Part shown: positions 20,314-30,411 of the stretch, in pieces
Position numbering within the stretch: position 1 is the stretch's first letter
How the letters are laid out: each line of letters starts with the position of its first letter
From: Candidatus Cloacimonadales bacterium
GTDB lineage: Bacteria; Cloacimonadota; Cloacimonadia; Cloacimonadales; JAIOQZ01
Length of the DNA: 64,000 nucleotides
Reading direction: 5' to 3'
NCBI GenBank assembly: GCA_963665815.1
Contig: OY762463.1
Coordinates: forward strand, 2,656,001 to 2,720,000
Position numbers and translations under genes: made by a program
The notes under the pieces: model-generated
What the model was told of the DNA's origin: nothing
Seen by the model: the letters and a program-made list of their open reading frames with translations, nothing else
Database searches by the model: none

Positions 20314-21063
20314 TTACTCCATTTGAGATACAATTCGTTTAAAATTATGAAACAGTTCAACCGGAGTAACTTCAGTTTCTTCAATTTCTCTACTGTAATT
20401 TCTGAAAATTCTTGAAGAGGTTTCCATGGATGCAAGAATTAATCCGTTGTCTCTCTTATAATTCATGGAATGAAGAGAGAAATCCATTATAATTGCTTCA
20501 CTTTGCCCATCTCCCATCCAGCTGATATTATTGTTGTAGGAACGAGTATTAGCATTAAGATAAACACATTTGACTGCTTCCTGCCAACCTGCATCAGTAA
20601 AGTCATTCCATTCTTTTGTAGTTTCAAAATACTGCTGATCAACATTTTTTTCTCTTTCCCAACTGAAGAGTATTGAACTATTGAAGTTGAACGAAGGAGG
20701 ATAATTAAAGGCATCAAGGTTATAGATTAACTCAATGTCGGATTTAATCAATTCCTTTCCGTTAATTTTAACTCTTACATTTACAATATCACCTTCTTGA
20801 GCATCAAAGAATCCAATATAAATACCTTCATCATTTTCCATTTCAATAACTTCCTCATCAACAGAAACAAAAACAGAGTTAATTTGCTGCATTACATTTA
20901 TACATCCTACTGCAATACCTTGTTGAGAAAGCGAATATTTGCCAATCAGTGCTCCGTATTCATTAGAACTGTCTGAAATTTTCGTAATAGATTTGCTTTT
21001 TTTGTCTTTACATCCCAAAACTAATAACGAAACTAAGAAAATAAGTATTACTACTTTCCTCAT
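20314..21063 (-). CDS. Hypothetical lipoprotein (paralog of 19483-20307)
   Basis: Lipobox VLGC, GGAGG RBS and the shared motifs. Confidence 0.75.
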   Translation of the reverse strand: MRKVVILIFLVSLLVLGCKDKKSKSITKISDSSNEYGALIGKYSLSQQGIAVGCINVMQQINSVFVSVDEEVIEMENDEGIYIGFFDAQEGDIVNVRVKINGKELIKSDIELIYNLDAFNYPPSFNFNSSILFSWEREKNVDQQYFETTKEWNDFTDAGWQEAVKCVYLNANTRSYNNNISWMGDGQSEAIIMDFSLHSMNYKRDNGLILASMETSSRIFRNYSREIEETEVTPVELFHNFKRIVSQME

Positions 21064-21324
21064 AAATCCTCCAAATTTAATAATAGCTACATCGTAAATA
21101 CATTATCTTTATGTCAATATTTTTTATGTCATAGTGTTTATGGCAGTAAGAGTAAAGGACTATAATTATATTAAGAACACATTATCAGCAAACGAGAGTA
21201 TTTTAAAGTATTTTAATGTATTGCTTCCTAACTTTATCTTGACAATACTTAATTGATGAAACATAAATTGGAAATGTACGTTAAGAATCATAAAGAAAAG
21301 AAATTTCCATTAAAGGAGAGCTAT

Positions 21325-21873
21325 ATGAAATTTATTAAATTAGCTATGATTATCAGCCTTCTGGCATTCGTGCTTGTCGGTTGTGGAAGTAACCCTGAAC
21401 CTAAGGCTCCAGCTGGAATGAAAGAAGTATTTCAACCGGACTGGTACGATGTCGAAGGTGATGAAGAGAATATTTTTGTTTATGGAACAGCGACAAAAAT
21501 AACACAGAACGCATCTTATAATTCTGCTTATGTAATGGCTCAGCAGAAAGCTGCAAACTATGTTCAAGTTCATGTTAAAGGTATGATCAAAGATTTTATG
21601 GAAGAAGCAGGCGTTGATAATCCTCAGGTAACTGCTCTTACATCAAACGTAGTGAAAGTTGTTTCCAATGCCGAATTCCGTGGATCAAAAGTTGTGAAGA
21701 AACAAGTTTTTACAAACGAACAGGGAAGATACGTAACTTTCGTTAGACTCGCTGTACCACGTGATGAAGTAGACAGAAAAATGATGAACCAGATCAAACA
21801 GGAAGAAGCTCTTTATAATCAGTTTAAAGCTTCCCAAGGTTTCAACGAACTCGACGAAGAACTTAACAAATAA
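21325..21873 (+). CDS. LPP20-like lipoprotein
   Basis: AAGGAG RBS then MKFIKL...LVGC lipobox; PDWY and YGTA motifs. Start at 21325 is preferred over 21253. Confidence 0.7.
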   Translation: MKFIKLAMIISLLAFVLVGCGSNPEPKAPAGMKEVFQPDWYDVEGDEENIFVYGTATKITQNASYNSAYVMAQQKAANYVQVHVKGMIKDFMEEAGVDNPQVTALTSNVVKVVSNAEFRGSKVVKKQVFTNEQGRYVTFVRLAVPRDEVDRKMMNQIKQEEALYNQFKASQGFNELDEELNK

Positions 21874-21892
21874 GAATTTTTAAACATTATAT

Positions 21893-21925
21893 ACAGCCTG
21901 TTGAAATTTCAGCAGGCTGTTTTTT
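21893..21925 (+). terminator. Rho-independent terminator
   Basis: ACAGCCTGTTGAAA/TTTCAGCAGGCTGT hairpin plus T tract. Confidence 0.85.
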
Positions 21926-21984
21926 GTTGACTGGTTAGAGAATCCTGTATAATTTAAAATTATCAAGCAATAACGAGGATTTAA

Positions 21985-23007
21985 ATGAGAAAACATATCT
22001 TAATCACAATTCTTTTTCTGATCCCTTTTATATTCAGTAACTTGTCTGCACAGGAGATTGAGCATTCTGTTTTTAACTGGGAAGACTTAGCCAAAACAGA
22101 AAAGGACTCTCTATTGATGCCTGCCAGTATTTATATTGATTTGCTCGCAAAAGGGAATCTGAAAGATTTCTGGAATAAATCACATACAATGTTTAAGCAA
22201 TCTACTCCCGAATCAGAGTTTTTGAAATATAAAGAATCTTTTCAGTCTGTGTCTGTTCCTTACAGCAAGATGAACTTTATAGAAGGAAAACTGACTCAAT
22301 GTTATGATGTGCCTGCAAAATATGTGCGTACTTTTGGAGGAAATCCTTTTATTGATACAGGTCACTATCTTGAGTTTCATCTTCATCCATATGTCGCTCT
22401 GCAGGCTATCCTTGTATTTGAATATAAAAAGGACAATATTGGCCGGTTCCTGACAATGTATCTCGGTAAGGAAGATGATTCTTACAAGATTCTGAATATG
22501 ATTTTTAATATCTCTGAATTTGACGGCAATAACGCTGAGTTTTACGCAGGTAAAGCCGAAGAATGGAAGACAAAGCTTAATTATTCAATTCCTACAGCAA
22601 TTGCCTATGCCTTTGCCTTCAAGACAGGAAATTATGGGAATGTTGCAATAACAAACAAAGTTATGGATTATCAGGCAGCCTATGAAGAACTCACTGTAAC
22701 ACCTTCATACATTCATGAATTCAATTTATGGATTGTTAATGATAAGAGGATTTCTGTTCTTGGAACGGACGTTTATGATACTGATGATGCCTTAATACCT
22801 CAGATAATATACATAAGTAATGTAGAGTTCACGCAGGAAAACCTGAAAAAAGAAGCCAGACAATTTGCTGACAAAGTTGGATCACTTTATCCGGATTTTG
22901 CTAAAGTCTTTCCGAAGATAATTTTGACAGCTTATAAGGAAAATCCTGTTGATAGAAGTAAAGAATATGATACTTTTTCCGTAACTGTGAATTTTACGGA
23001 GGAATAA
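21985..23007 (+). CDS. Secreted hypothetical protein
   Basis: Sec signal peptide (LSA-Q) and GAGG RBS. Confidence 0.7.
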   Translation: MRKHILITILFLIPFIFSNLSAQEIEHSVFNWEDLAKTEKDSLLMPASIYIDLLAKGNLKDFWNKSHTMFKQSTPESEFLKYKESFQSVSVPYSKMNFIEGKLTQCYDVPAKYVRTFGGNPFIDTGHYLEFHLHPYVALQAILVFEYKKDNIGRFLTMYLGKEDDSYKILNMIFNISEFDGNNAEFYAGKAEEWKTKLNYSIPTAIAYAFAFKTGNYGNVAITNKVMDYQAAYEELTVTPSYIHEFNLWIVNDKRISVLGTDVYDTDDALIPQIIYISNVEFTQENLKKEARQFADKVGSLYPDFAKVFPKIILTAYKENPVDRSKEYDTFSVTVNFTEE

Positions 23008-23099
23008 TAAATTTAGACATTGGGGCATAAATATTCTTGACAGAATATTATAGTGATGAATAAAATATAAATGATTTTAAAACAATAATAGGAGCATAT

Positions 23100-24014
23100 A
23101 TGAGGTTGCCGAGATTTGATGAAATGTTTTTACCTATTCTACAAGAATTAAAAAAAACACAAAGTTCTAAAGCGAGGGATTTGGAAGAAATTTTAGCTAA
23201 AAAATACAATTTGGATGATAAATCAAGAAACTTAATGTACGATTCGGGTAATGGTCCGATTTTTCTGGATAGAATTCAATGGGCTTTGAGCTACTTAAAT
23301 ATGGCTGGATTAATTGAGAAACCGCAAAGAGGAATGAACAGTATAAATAAAAGCGGTATCAAAATGCTTAGCAAGCCAGAAAACATAAAGGATTTTGTAA
23401 AAAGTGAGATAAAGAAAAGAAATCCAGTAATAAAAGCAAGTGATGAACATACTGATACCCCTAATAATGAAGAGTTAACACCTGAAGAATCTTTATATGA
23501 ACATTATAACAAAATTACCGATATTATTTACAATGAAATAATTAAGACAATATTGTCTAAGTCTCCCAGAGATTTTGAGAACCTTGTTGTAAATTTGATG
23601 CAAAAAATGGGATACGGAGGAGGAATCAGAGATTCTGGTACAACAACAAGCTATACAAATGACAAAGGGATTGATGGCATAGTTAAAGAAGATGTTCTTG
23701 GATTTGGCAGCATATATTTACAGGCTAAAAGGTATGCTGAAAATAATTTAGTAGGAAGAGAAGAAGTACAGAAATTTGTTGGTGCATTGGCTCCTGCAAA
23801 GTCTAATAAAGGAGTGTTTATTACTACTTCAAAATTTGCTTCAACTGCACTAAAATATGTTGATAGTCTGGACTCCTCAATACATGTCGTGCTTATAGAT
23901 GGAAGAGAGTTAGCTAAATACATTTATGAGTATGATCTGGGCATGCAGACTGAAAAGATCTTAAAGATCAAGAAATTGGATAGTGATTTCTGGGATCAGA
24001 TGAAAGATGATTGA
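23100..24014 (+). CDS. mrr: Mrr type IV restriction endonuclease
   Basis: N-terminal wHTH (DRIQWALSYL), FENLVVNLMQKMGY, DKGIDG, YLQAKRY, GVFITTSKF and LIDG motifs. Confidence 0.93.
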   Translation: MRLPRFDEMFLPILQELKKTQSSKARDLEEILAKKYNLDDKSRNLMYDSGNGPIFLDRIQWALSYLNMAGLIEKPQRGMNSINKSGIKMLSKPENIKDFVKSEIKKRNPVIKASDEHTDTPNNEELTPEESLYEHYNKITDIIYNEIIKTILSKSPRDFENLVVNLMQKMGYGGGIRDSGTTTSYTNDKGIDGIVKEDVLGFGSIYLQAKRYAENNLVGREEVQKFVGALAPAKSNKGVFITTSKFASTALKYVDSLDSSIHVVLIDGRELAKYIYEYDLGMQTEKILKIKKLDSDFWDQMKDD

Positions 24015-25026
24015 TTTTTGCAATTTTAATGAACTCAAGAAAATCAGGAAAGAGGCTTTGTTTAAAGAGTGTTTCATAAACGACAGTAATTGCTCGAAAT
24101 CAATAATTAAAGCTCATTCAATCCAAAATAATAGATATCTAACAAGATTAACTGAAAATAATGACACAATATTAACTTTTAATCATGCAGATTACGATTT
24201 ACAATTAAGTAGAAAACCAAGAGAGGTTGGAAGAAAGCAGGCTTCAACCTTTACGGGTTTTTGTAAAAAGCATGATTTAGAAATTTTTACTCCTATTGAG
24301 AACTCAGATTATAAGGATGGAAATAAAGAACAAGAATTTATTTTTGCATTTAGAGCTCTTGCATGGTTTCTATACTTTAAAACTCATAAGTTGAATTTTT
24401 CCTATCTGATAATTGATAGAATGAATAAAGGTAACTTAAGTTTTATTAATAACTTTGAACATCTTAATGACGATCAAATAGAAAAAATTGAACAGAATTA
24501 CTTAATCAATATTGCTGAGTTGAGAATTGAAGTGAATGAGAAAAGAGGTCTTCTTGAAAAAATGAAATTTGATATTGACAACCAAAGATTTAACACATTG
24601 AAAACTGTTAATATTGAGTTCGATAAACAATATAAGATTGTTGGTACCTCTTTAGTTAACCCCGTGTTCGATCTTAATTATAAAATGATCAATGATTATT
24701 CAAATCCCAATGTTACATTAAAACCTATTTTTATGAGTGTCTTACCCCAACATGAATCAATAAATGTTTTAATAAGTTATTTCAAGGCTGATAAAGCCCT
24801 AATGAAAGGCTTTATAGATCAAATTGTATCAGAGGACGCTAGTATACAGAAACTTATTGTATCAAATATAATCTTACAATACTTCACAAATTGGTATATT
24901 TCAAAGAATTACTTTGATTCAATTCCACATAGATCGAATATTGTAGACTATTATAATAATACTGATGATAATTTATGGAGAGAGTGGAAATGGAGTTATA
25001 GTCCCAAACTCAATTTATTCTACTAA
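24007..25026 (+). CDS. Conserved hypothetical protein with C..C..AHSIQ / STFTGFCxxHD motif, translationally coupled to mrr
   Basis: 8 bp overlap with mrr. Cys/His motifs resemble His-Me-finger-like, SEC-C-associated proteins. Confidence 0.65.
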   Translation: MIDFCNFNELKKIRKEALFKECFINDSNCSKSIIKAHSIQNNRYLTRLTENNDTILTFNHADYDLQLSRKPREVGRKQASTFTGFCKKHDLEIFTPIENSDYKDGNKEQEFIFAFRALAWFLYFKTHKLNFSYLIIDRMNKGNLSFINNFEHLNDDQIEKIEQNYLINIAELRIEVNEKRGLLEKMKFDIDNQRFNTLKTVNIEFDKQYKIVGTSLVNPVFDLNYKMINDYSNPNVTLKPIFMSVLPQHESINVLISYFKADKALMKGFIDQIVSEDASIQKLIVSNIILQYFTNWYISKNYFDSIPHRSNIVDYYNNTDDNLWREWKWSYSPKLNLFY

Positions 25027-25028
25027 AT

Positions 25029-25055
25029 AAAAAAACGCTGTTTCCAGCGTTTTTT
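25029..25055. terminator. Bidirectional terminator
   Basis: AAAAAAACGCTG-TTTC-CAGCGTTTTTT between convergent genes. Confidence 0.85.
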
Positions 25056-25081
25056 ACTATATTTAGCCTAAATAGTAACTA

Positions 25082-25417
25082 TCATAGCTTCAATTCAAAA
25101 GATTTTTTCCCGAATTTATTACAGACAGTATATATGTTTAATTTATCCCCCGGTTTAGCATCAGGAATTCTGTAATAAAGGTTTCCACCAACTGCAGTTT
25201 CCTGCCCTTTAATCTTTTGAATCATAATTTCTTTTTTGTTGCGATACACTTTTACTTCAGATATGTAATGTTTGCTTGTGTCGGATACTTTATGCTCAAA
25301 TAGTATGGTTAACTTTTTTGTCTCCATATTGAATTCAGCATTAACTTTTGATGCAGGATGTGCATATACGGATAAAACGATAAAAAGAAATAAAACAGCA
25401 ATAAAACTTTTTCTCAT
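25082..25417 (-). CDS. Small secreted metal-binding protein (desulfoferrodoxin/SOR-like His/Cys pattern)
   Basis: Signal peptide, then HP...H.V....HYI...CNKFG. Confidence 0.55.
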   Translation of the reverse strand: MRKSFIAVLFLFIVLSVYAHPASKVNAEFNMETKKLTILFEHKVSDTSKHYISEVKVYRNKKEIMIQKIKGQETAVGGNLYYRIPDAKPGDKLNIYTVCNKFGKKSFELKL

Positions 25418-25437
25418 AAGAACTCCTTCAAGTTGGT

Positions 25438-25668
25438 TTAAGGTCTTTTAACCTTGAATATTTTAGCTTTTATCCAGTTCCAGTTTAACACGATATGTAT
25501 AGTAGCGAGCAGGGAGAAAGATAATCCGGAAAAACCATGGATACTTCCCAGCACCTCGCTTCCCTGAAGAGGACCGGGGATGAATCTGTAAATTAACGCA
25601 CTGGTAACAGAGCTGATAAATGTTATAAACAAGAAAATATTGGTAAAAATCAGTAACTTTTGTTTCAT
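25438..25668 (-). CDS. DUF4405-like small membrane protein
   Basis: Two TM helices with IH...IHIVLNWNWIK. Confidence 0.7.
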   Translation of the reverse strand: MKQKLLIFTNIFLFITFISSVTSALIYRFIPGPLQGSEVLGSIHGFSGLSFSLLATIHIVLNWNWIKAKIFKVKRP

Positions 25669-25886
25669 ATTACTTTCCTTGCAGATATCGATTCTTATTA
25701 TAGATTAAGTTAAATATTAATAAGAGCAAATTACTTAACAATTAATACCATAGTTTTTTAGTAGAATGAGACCTTTGTATAACTTGGGTAGTTTTTTATT
25801 CTCATATTTCACGTAAAATACGAGTTGATTCGATTCTGCTATTATGCAAAGCTCTCAGAATTCAGATATTACGATTGTTGTACAGT

Positions 25887-26600
25887 CTATTCTTTTTTCC
25901 CATACTTTTTGATAAAAAAATCACTGCTGTTTTTCAATACATCAAGGAAATCGTCATAAGATGCTTTTATTGCATTGTTAACACAGCAAGTTAGAGTTCC
26001 TTCATCGCAGGAAATATCTCCACCTTTATTTGTTGAATCCCCGGTGTAAGTTTTATCTATCACAACCTTTTCCAGCTTCTTGTCATATATTCTTACTGAA
26101 AGTGCAAGTTGTTTCTCACCATTATTGCTTGTGATCTTAACTTCAGGGAAACTGATTACATACTGCATACTGTCTTTGATAGCAACGGCAGCGAGATCAG
26201 ATTGCTCTGAAAGTTTTTCATCTCTGATCAGTGCATACATTTTCGGTTCTTCATAATACATCATGCTTTCAAATATGTTAACATATTTGAAAGTAATACC
26301 CTTTATGAAATCTGCCTTGATAACAAATTCATAGTGATTCTCCAGCATTTTAACTATATGCGGTTCGAATCTACTCAGCATAGGTGGTTTTCCCGCAGAA
26401 ATTATTTCTTCTCTGAACTCTGTTCCCAGTGCATCAACCTCTTTTTGAAGACTTTCATCTATATGTACTTTCACGGGAACAAGAAACGTAATTTTGGGAT
26501 CGAGAACTGTCTCAGCAAACATTAAAACGGAATTGATACTTAAAACAATAAATACGAGGAAAAAAAAGATTTTCATGGAAACGGTTTTGCTATTTAACAT
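25887..26600 (-). CDS. Secreted hypothetical protein (family member 1)
   Basis: Signal peptide; DPKITFLVP, QYVISFP and CDEGTLTCCVNNAIKAS shared with 30412-31104. Confidence 0.75.
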   Translation of the reverse strand: MLNSKTVSMKIFFFLVFIVLSINSVLMFAETVLDPKITFLVPVKVHIDESLQKEVDALGTEFREEIISAGKPPMLSRFEPHIVKMLENHYEFVIKADFIKGITFKYVNIFESMMYYEEPKMYALIRDEKLSEQSDLAAVAIKDSMQYVISFPEVKITSNNGEKQLALSVRIYDKKLEKVVIDKTYTGDSTNKGGDISCDEGTLTCCVNNAIKASYDDFLDVLKNSSDFFIKKYGKKE

Positions 26601-26777
26601 ACTGATAACTCCTATTTTAGAATATGTAAAAAAGTGATACTTATATTTGAGAAAGTCAAGATAATAATAATTACTCAGATTCTGGTTAAACTCTGGAGTG
26701 AGAGAGTGTTATAAAATAGATGTTTCATTCTGGTGCTCAATCTAATTTTTACGACTCGTTCTACCGCATTTCATCTT

Positions 26778-26795
26778 TTTACCATATATGGTAAA
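26778..26795. promoter_or_regulatory. Perfect 18 bp palindrome TTTACCATATATGGTAAA, putative enhancer (UAS) for a sigma-54 activator
   Basis: About 80 bp upstream of a -24/-12 promoter. Confidence 0.55.
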
Positions 26796-26872
26796 TTTAT
26801 AAACAGCATTAATATTGGACTCATACGTCTTTCCCGTTGTTATACAGGAGTTTAGCACGTATAATCAACAAT

Positions 26873-26888
26873 CGGCACAGTGATTGCA
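26873..26888 (+). promoter_or_regulatory. Sigma-54 (-24/-12) promoter
   Basis: CGGCAC-agtga-TTGCA matches TGGCAC-N5-TTGCW with correct GG-N10-GC spacing. Confidence 0.7.
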
Positions 26889-26963
26889 TTTAGTTATAGT
26901 GAATATTTTAAACTGTATCGTCGGCAGTCCTTTCCTGACAAGATGCCGAAAAGGAGAGAATAT

Positions 26964-27698
26964 ATGCTTCTTAGAATTATTTTTTCACTTCTGATTTTTT
27001 TAACAGGTTGTTTGTATTGTATGACAGTAACTCTGGCAGTTGGCGAATGGGTTCCATATACATCTTGTAGTAACAGTGACTGTAAAATTGCTGAGCACAT
27101 AGTTAAAGAAGCTTTTAAGCTTGAGGGTATTGATGTGGAAATCGTTTATTACCCTTGGAAACGCTGCTATGAAATGACTAAGTCAGGAGAATGCGACGGA
27201 ACTTTCCCCTGGTATTCAAATGATGAAAGAGAAACATTATTTTATGTAAATAGAGAAAATCTTCTCACTTCGAAAGAAGTATTCTTCCATAGGAAGGATC
27301 TGGATTTCGAATGGGAGAGTTTAGATGATTTAAAGAATTATAATATCGGTGGGACTTTGGGATATTCGCACGTGGACTTCCTTGAAAAAAATGGAATTGC
27401 TGTAGATATCGTTAATGATGATATCACCAATTTCAAAAAGGTACTTGGTGAAAGAATACAGATCTTCCCCGCAGACTACATTGTGGGAGAGCATCTTATA
27501 AAGACAAACTTCAACGCGCAAGAAGCAAATACTCTTACTTATAATCCCAAAGCTCTCTCCGGTGAAAAAAGCATGCGGCTTCTCGTATCAAGAACCATTC
27601 CGGATGGAAAAAATCTTGCAACCAAGTTTGATAACGGTTTGAAGGAATTGAAATCATCCGGGCGTTATCAGCAGATTCTTAACTCCGTAAATGAATGA
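26964..27698 (+). CDS. Family 3 extracellular solute-binding protein
   Basis: AAGGAG RBS, signal peptide, EWVPY, PWKRC and GYSH motifs. Start at 26964 is preferred over 26880. Confidence 0.85.
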   Translation: MLLRIIFSLLIFLTGCLYCMTVTLAVGEWVPYTSCSNSDCKIAEHIVKEAFKLEGIDVEIVYYPWKRCYEMTKSGECDGTFPWYSNDERETLFYVNRENLLTSKEVFFHRKDLDFEWESLDDLKNYNIGGTLGYSHVDFLEKNGIAVDIVNDDITNFKKVLGERIQIFPADYIVGEHLIKTNFNAQEANTLTYNPKALSGEKSMRLLVSRTIPDGKNLATKFDNGLKELKSSGRYQQILNSVNE

Positions 27699-28167
27699 TT
27701 ATTGTTTTGCAATGGAGAACAACATGTACTTAATAAAGGAAGAGGATTTTGGATTAAGACTCTCTTTTTCAGGGGAATTAACCTCAGACGAAATGCTGAA
27801 TTGGCTTGAAGACAGTAAAGAAACATTAAGGATGCTCAAGTGCCCATTTGGTGCTTTCATAGATTTACAGGATGTCAGGGTAATTTATAGAAAAACTCAG
27901 GAACTGTTTGTTACAGGGGAAAAATTATTTAAAGAATCAGGGATGAATAGATCTGTAGTTATTGTCTCTACTGTGTTGACACAGCTTCAGTTTTCCAGAA
28001 TTGCCGCAGAATCTGGAATATATTCCTCAGAGAGAATCATAGATTCGAAGTGCAATCCGAATTGGGAGATTGATGGACTAAATTGGGTCATCAATGGAAT
28101 AGAACCTTATAAATCTATATCAATAAAATCAAGACCGTGGCTTTCAGCAATATGCAAAAGATTCTAA
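27691..28167 (+). CDS. Hypothetical protein (STAS/SEC14-like small alpha/beta protein)
   Basis: Overlaps the SBP gene; alternative start at 27724 after GGAG. Confidence 0.55.
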   Translation: MNDYCFAMENNMYLIKEEDFGLRLSFSGELTSDEMLNWLEDSKETLRMLKCPFGAFIDLQDVRVIYRKTQELFVTGEKLFKESGMNRSVVIVSTVLTQLQFSRIAAESGIYSSERIIDSKCNPNWEIDGLNWVINGIEPYKSISIKSRPWLSAICKRF

Positions 28168-28291
28168 GGCTATTCCCGAAATCTATTGCTACCAATTAAC
28201 AGAAATGACCTATCTCATTTCCTTCAACGGACAACACCCGAAACTGAGTAAAGTCTCCTCGGTTTCGGGGCACTTTTTTACTGGTAAATTA

Positions 28292-29800
28292 TCAATTCCG
28301 TTTTAGATAGTTTATTCCGAGTTTATCCATTCTGTTTCTTAGTGTACTGGAGTTAATATCAAGAATCTCGGCAGCACCACCCGGTCCATGAATCTTGCCT
28401 TTTGTTTTTTCAATTACGTTTTCTATATGCATCTTCATTACATCATCCAGTCTCTGGAATTCATCCTGAAGTGCTTCTCTTTTTCTGTAGCTCATGAAAT
28501 CAAAATCAATCGGACCATGCGGATTAATGATTAATGCCCTCTCAACAACATTTTCCAGCTCTCTGACATTACCCGGCCAATTGTAGTTCTGTAATACATC
28601 AATTGCATTTTTTCCCAGAGATGGGATTTTCTTCAATCTCAATTCATTTGACTTCTTCTTAAGAAAATGGTTCACGAGAGAAGGTAAATCACTCATTCTT
28701 TCTCTCAAGGGGGGGATTATAATTGGGAAAACATTGAGCCTGAACAGAAGATCTTCTCTGAAACTCTTCTCTTTTACACATAATTCAAGATTTTTGTTTG
28801 TTGCAGCAATTATCCTGGTATTCAGTGAAATAGGATGTTCTCCACCAACTCTTTCAATCTCTTTTGTCTGAATAACTCTAAGCAGTCTGGTTTGCAGAGC
28901 AATAGGCAATTCTCCAATTTCATCCAGGAAAATCGTTCCTTTATTTGCTCTTTCAAATTTACCTTTCTTTCTATATGTTGCTCCTGTAAAAGCACCCTGT
29001 TCATGTCCGAATAACTCACTGTCAATTAATGTTTCGGGAATTGCTCCACAATTTACACAAACAAAGTTGTTTTTTTTTCTGTCAGACAGCTCATGAATCA
29101 AGTTTGCAATAACTTCTTTACCAACTCCGGTTTCTCCCAGTATTAACACAGGAGTATCTTTCTCGGCTACAAGCTTTACTTTTTCTATAACAGATTTGAG
29201 CCCGGCAAATGATCCTATAACTTCTGTTCCTATATCTTTACAGAATCTTTCCTTGAAATACTCATTATCTTTAACTAACTGCTGGTTGTATTTATACAAC
29301 TCAAAGTGCTTTTTTGCATTAGCCATTGCAATCAGTAAGGGGGCTTTCACTAATTCCACCCATCGCAGATGCTCAGCTTTGAATTTTTCCTTTCCTTTCG
29401 TCATTAATGATATAAAACCAATTGAGTCATAAACATTCCGTAAAACAAGAACAATAATTGATGAGGGAAATTCCTGATAATGCTGTCCGATCTCTCTCGA
29501 TACTAATGATTCCTTAGGTTCTTCTATCAGGAATACATCGTCTTCCGGAGGTAAATTATAAAGAAAGTCAATAGCTTCAGGTGTCAGAGGAAGCCAATCA
29601 TCATAAAGCTTTCCTCCGTTTTTTGTGACATAAGCAATTGTGTGTAGAGACTTTAATTCTTCATTTAAAAATTGAGCGGCTGTAAAATCCAGTGGTATGT
29701 GTTCTTTTAACAGATTATGCAGTTCTTCCAGGCTTTTCTCAATATGTAGATGACTGCAAATTCTGAATACAGCTTTGTAAAAATATTCTTTTGGAGGCAT
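28292..29800 (-). CDS. Sigma-54-dependent enhancer-binding protein (GAF-AAA+-HTH, FhlA-like)
   Basis: GETGVGKE, ELFGHEQGAFTGA, FLDEIGE, WPGNVRELENV and C-terminal GAAEIL HTH. Confidence 0.94.
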   Translation of the reverse strand: MPPKEYFYKAVFRICSHLHIEKSLEELHNLLKEHIPLDFTAAQFLNEELKSLHTIAYVTKNGGKLYDDWLPLTPEAIDFLYNLPPEDDVFLIEEPKESLVSREIGQHYQEFPSSIIVLVLRNVYDSIGFISLMTKGKEKFKAEHLRWVELVKAPLLIAMANAKKHFELYKYNQQLVKDNEYFKERFCKDIGTEVIGSFAGLKSVIEKVKLVAEKDTPVLILGETGVGKEVIANLIHELSDRKKNNFVCVNCGAIPETLIDSELFGHEQGAFTGATYRKKGKFERANKGTIFLDEIGELPIALQTRLLRVIQTKEIERVGGEHPISLNTRIIAATNKNLELCVKEKSFREDLLFRLNVFPIIIPPLRERMSDLPSLVNHFLKKKSNELRLKKIPSLGKNAIDVLQNYNWPGNVRELENVVERALIINPHGPIDFDFMSYRKREALQDEFQRLDDVMKMHIENVIEKTKGKIHGPGGAAEILDINSSTLRNRMDKLGINYLKRN

Positions 29801-30009
29801 ACTCTAATCCTTAGTAATAATTATGACTCAAACTTTTTAATTACTGATTAACAATCAAGCAAAATGTATAATATATTGTAAACAAAGAAAAACAGCATAA
29901 AAATGAGTAAGAGTTTAAATTGTATAATTAATCTAAACTATTTAAAATAAATTGTTCTTTACTGTCAGAAGTTCAACTTCAGTTTATCTTTTTAAGAAAC
30001 ATGTATTCA

Positions 30010-30378
30010 TTATTTTTTTCTGAAAACGAATTTACTCCAAAAATTCTCATCATCCAGAGAATTAAATGAGAAGTTCCATTTTGTGATTGTATTAAGTTCT
30101 TTCATGGCAATTACACCATAATGTAATCCTTTGTTTTCCTTATCTGTTATGGGAGGATTTTCTGTAAAGTATGTCCACTCATACAACTTACCTGATTTTG
30201 TCTCAAACAGGAAATACTTAAGAATTTCTTCTCCGGATCTTGTTGTAACAACTACCGGATTGAGAATGTATTTTTTACTTAATGGGTATATCAATACAAG
30301 TTCATCTCTGCACAACTTATAATCGGCAAAGTCACTATGATTATCTTTTGTTAACTTATCATAAACGGGATTAGCTTG
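30010..30378 (-). pseudogene. Orphan C-terminal fragment, in frame with 30412-31104
   Basis: The frame is open upstream of the TTG at 30315 (QANPVYDKLTKDNHSDFADYKL). It is separated from the upstream ORF by TAG, TGA and TAA within about 12 codons and has no RBS. Confidence 0.5.
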
Positions 30379-30411
30379 TTAAAGCATATGTTGTGTTCAT
30401 GCTTTTCTTTT

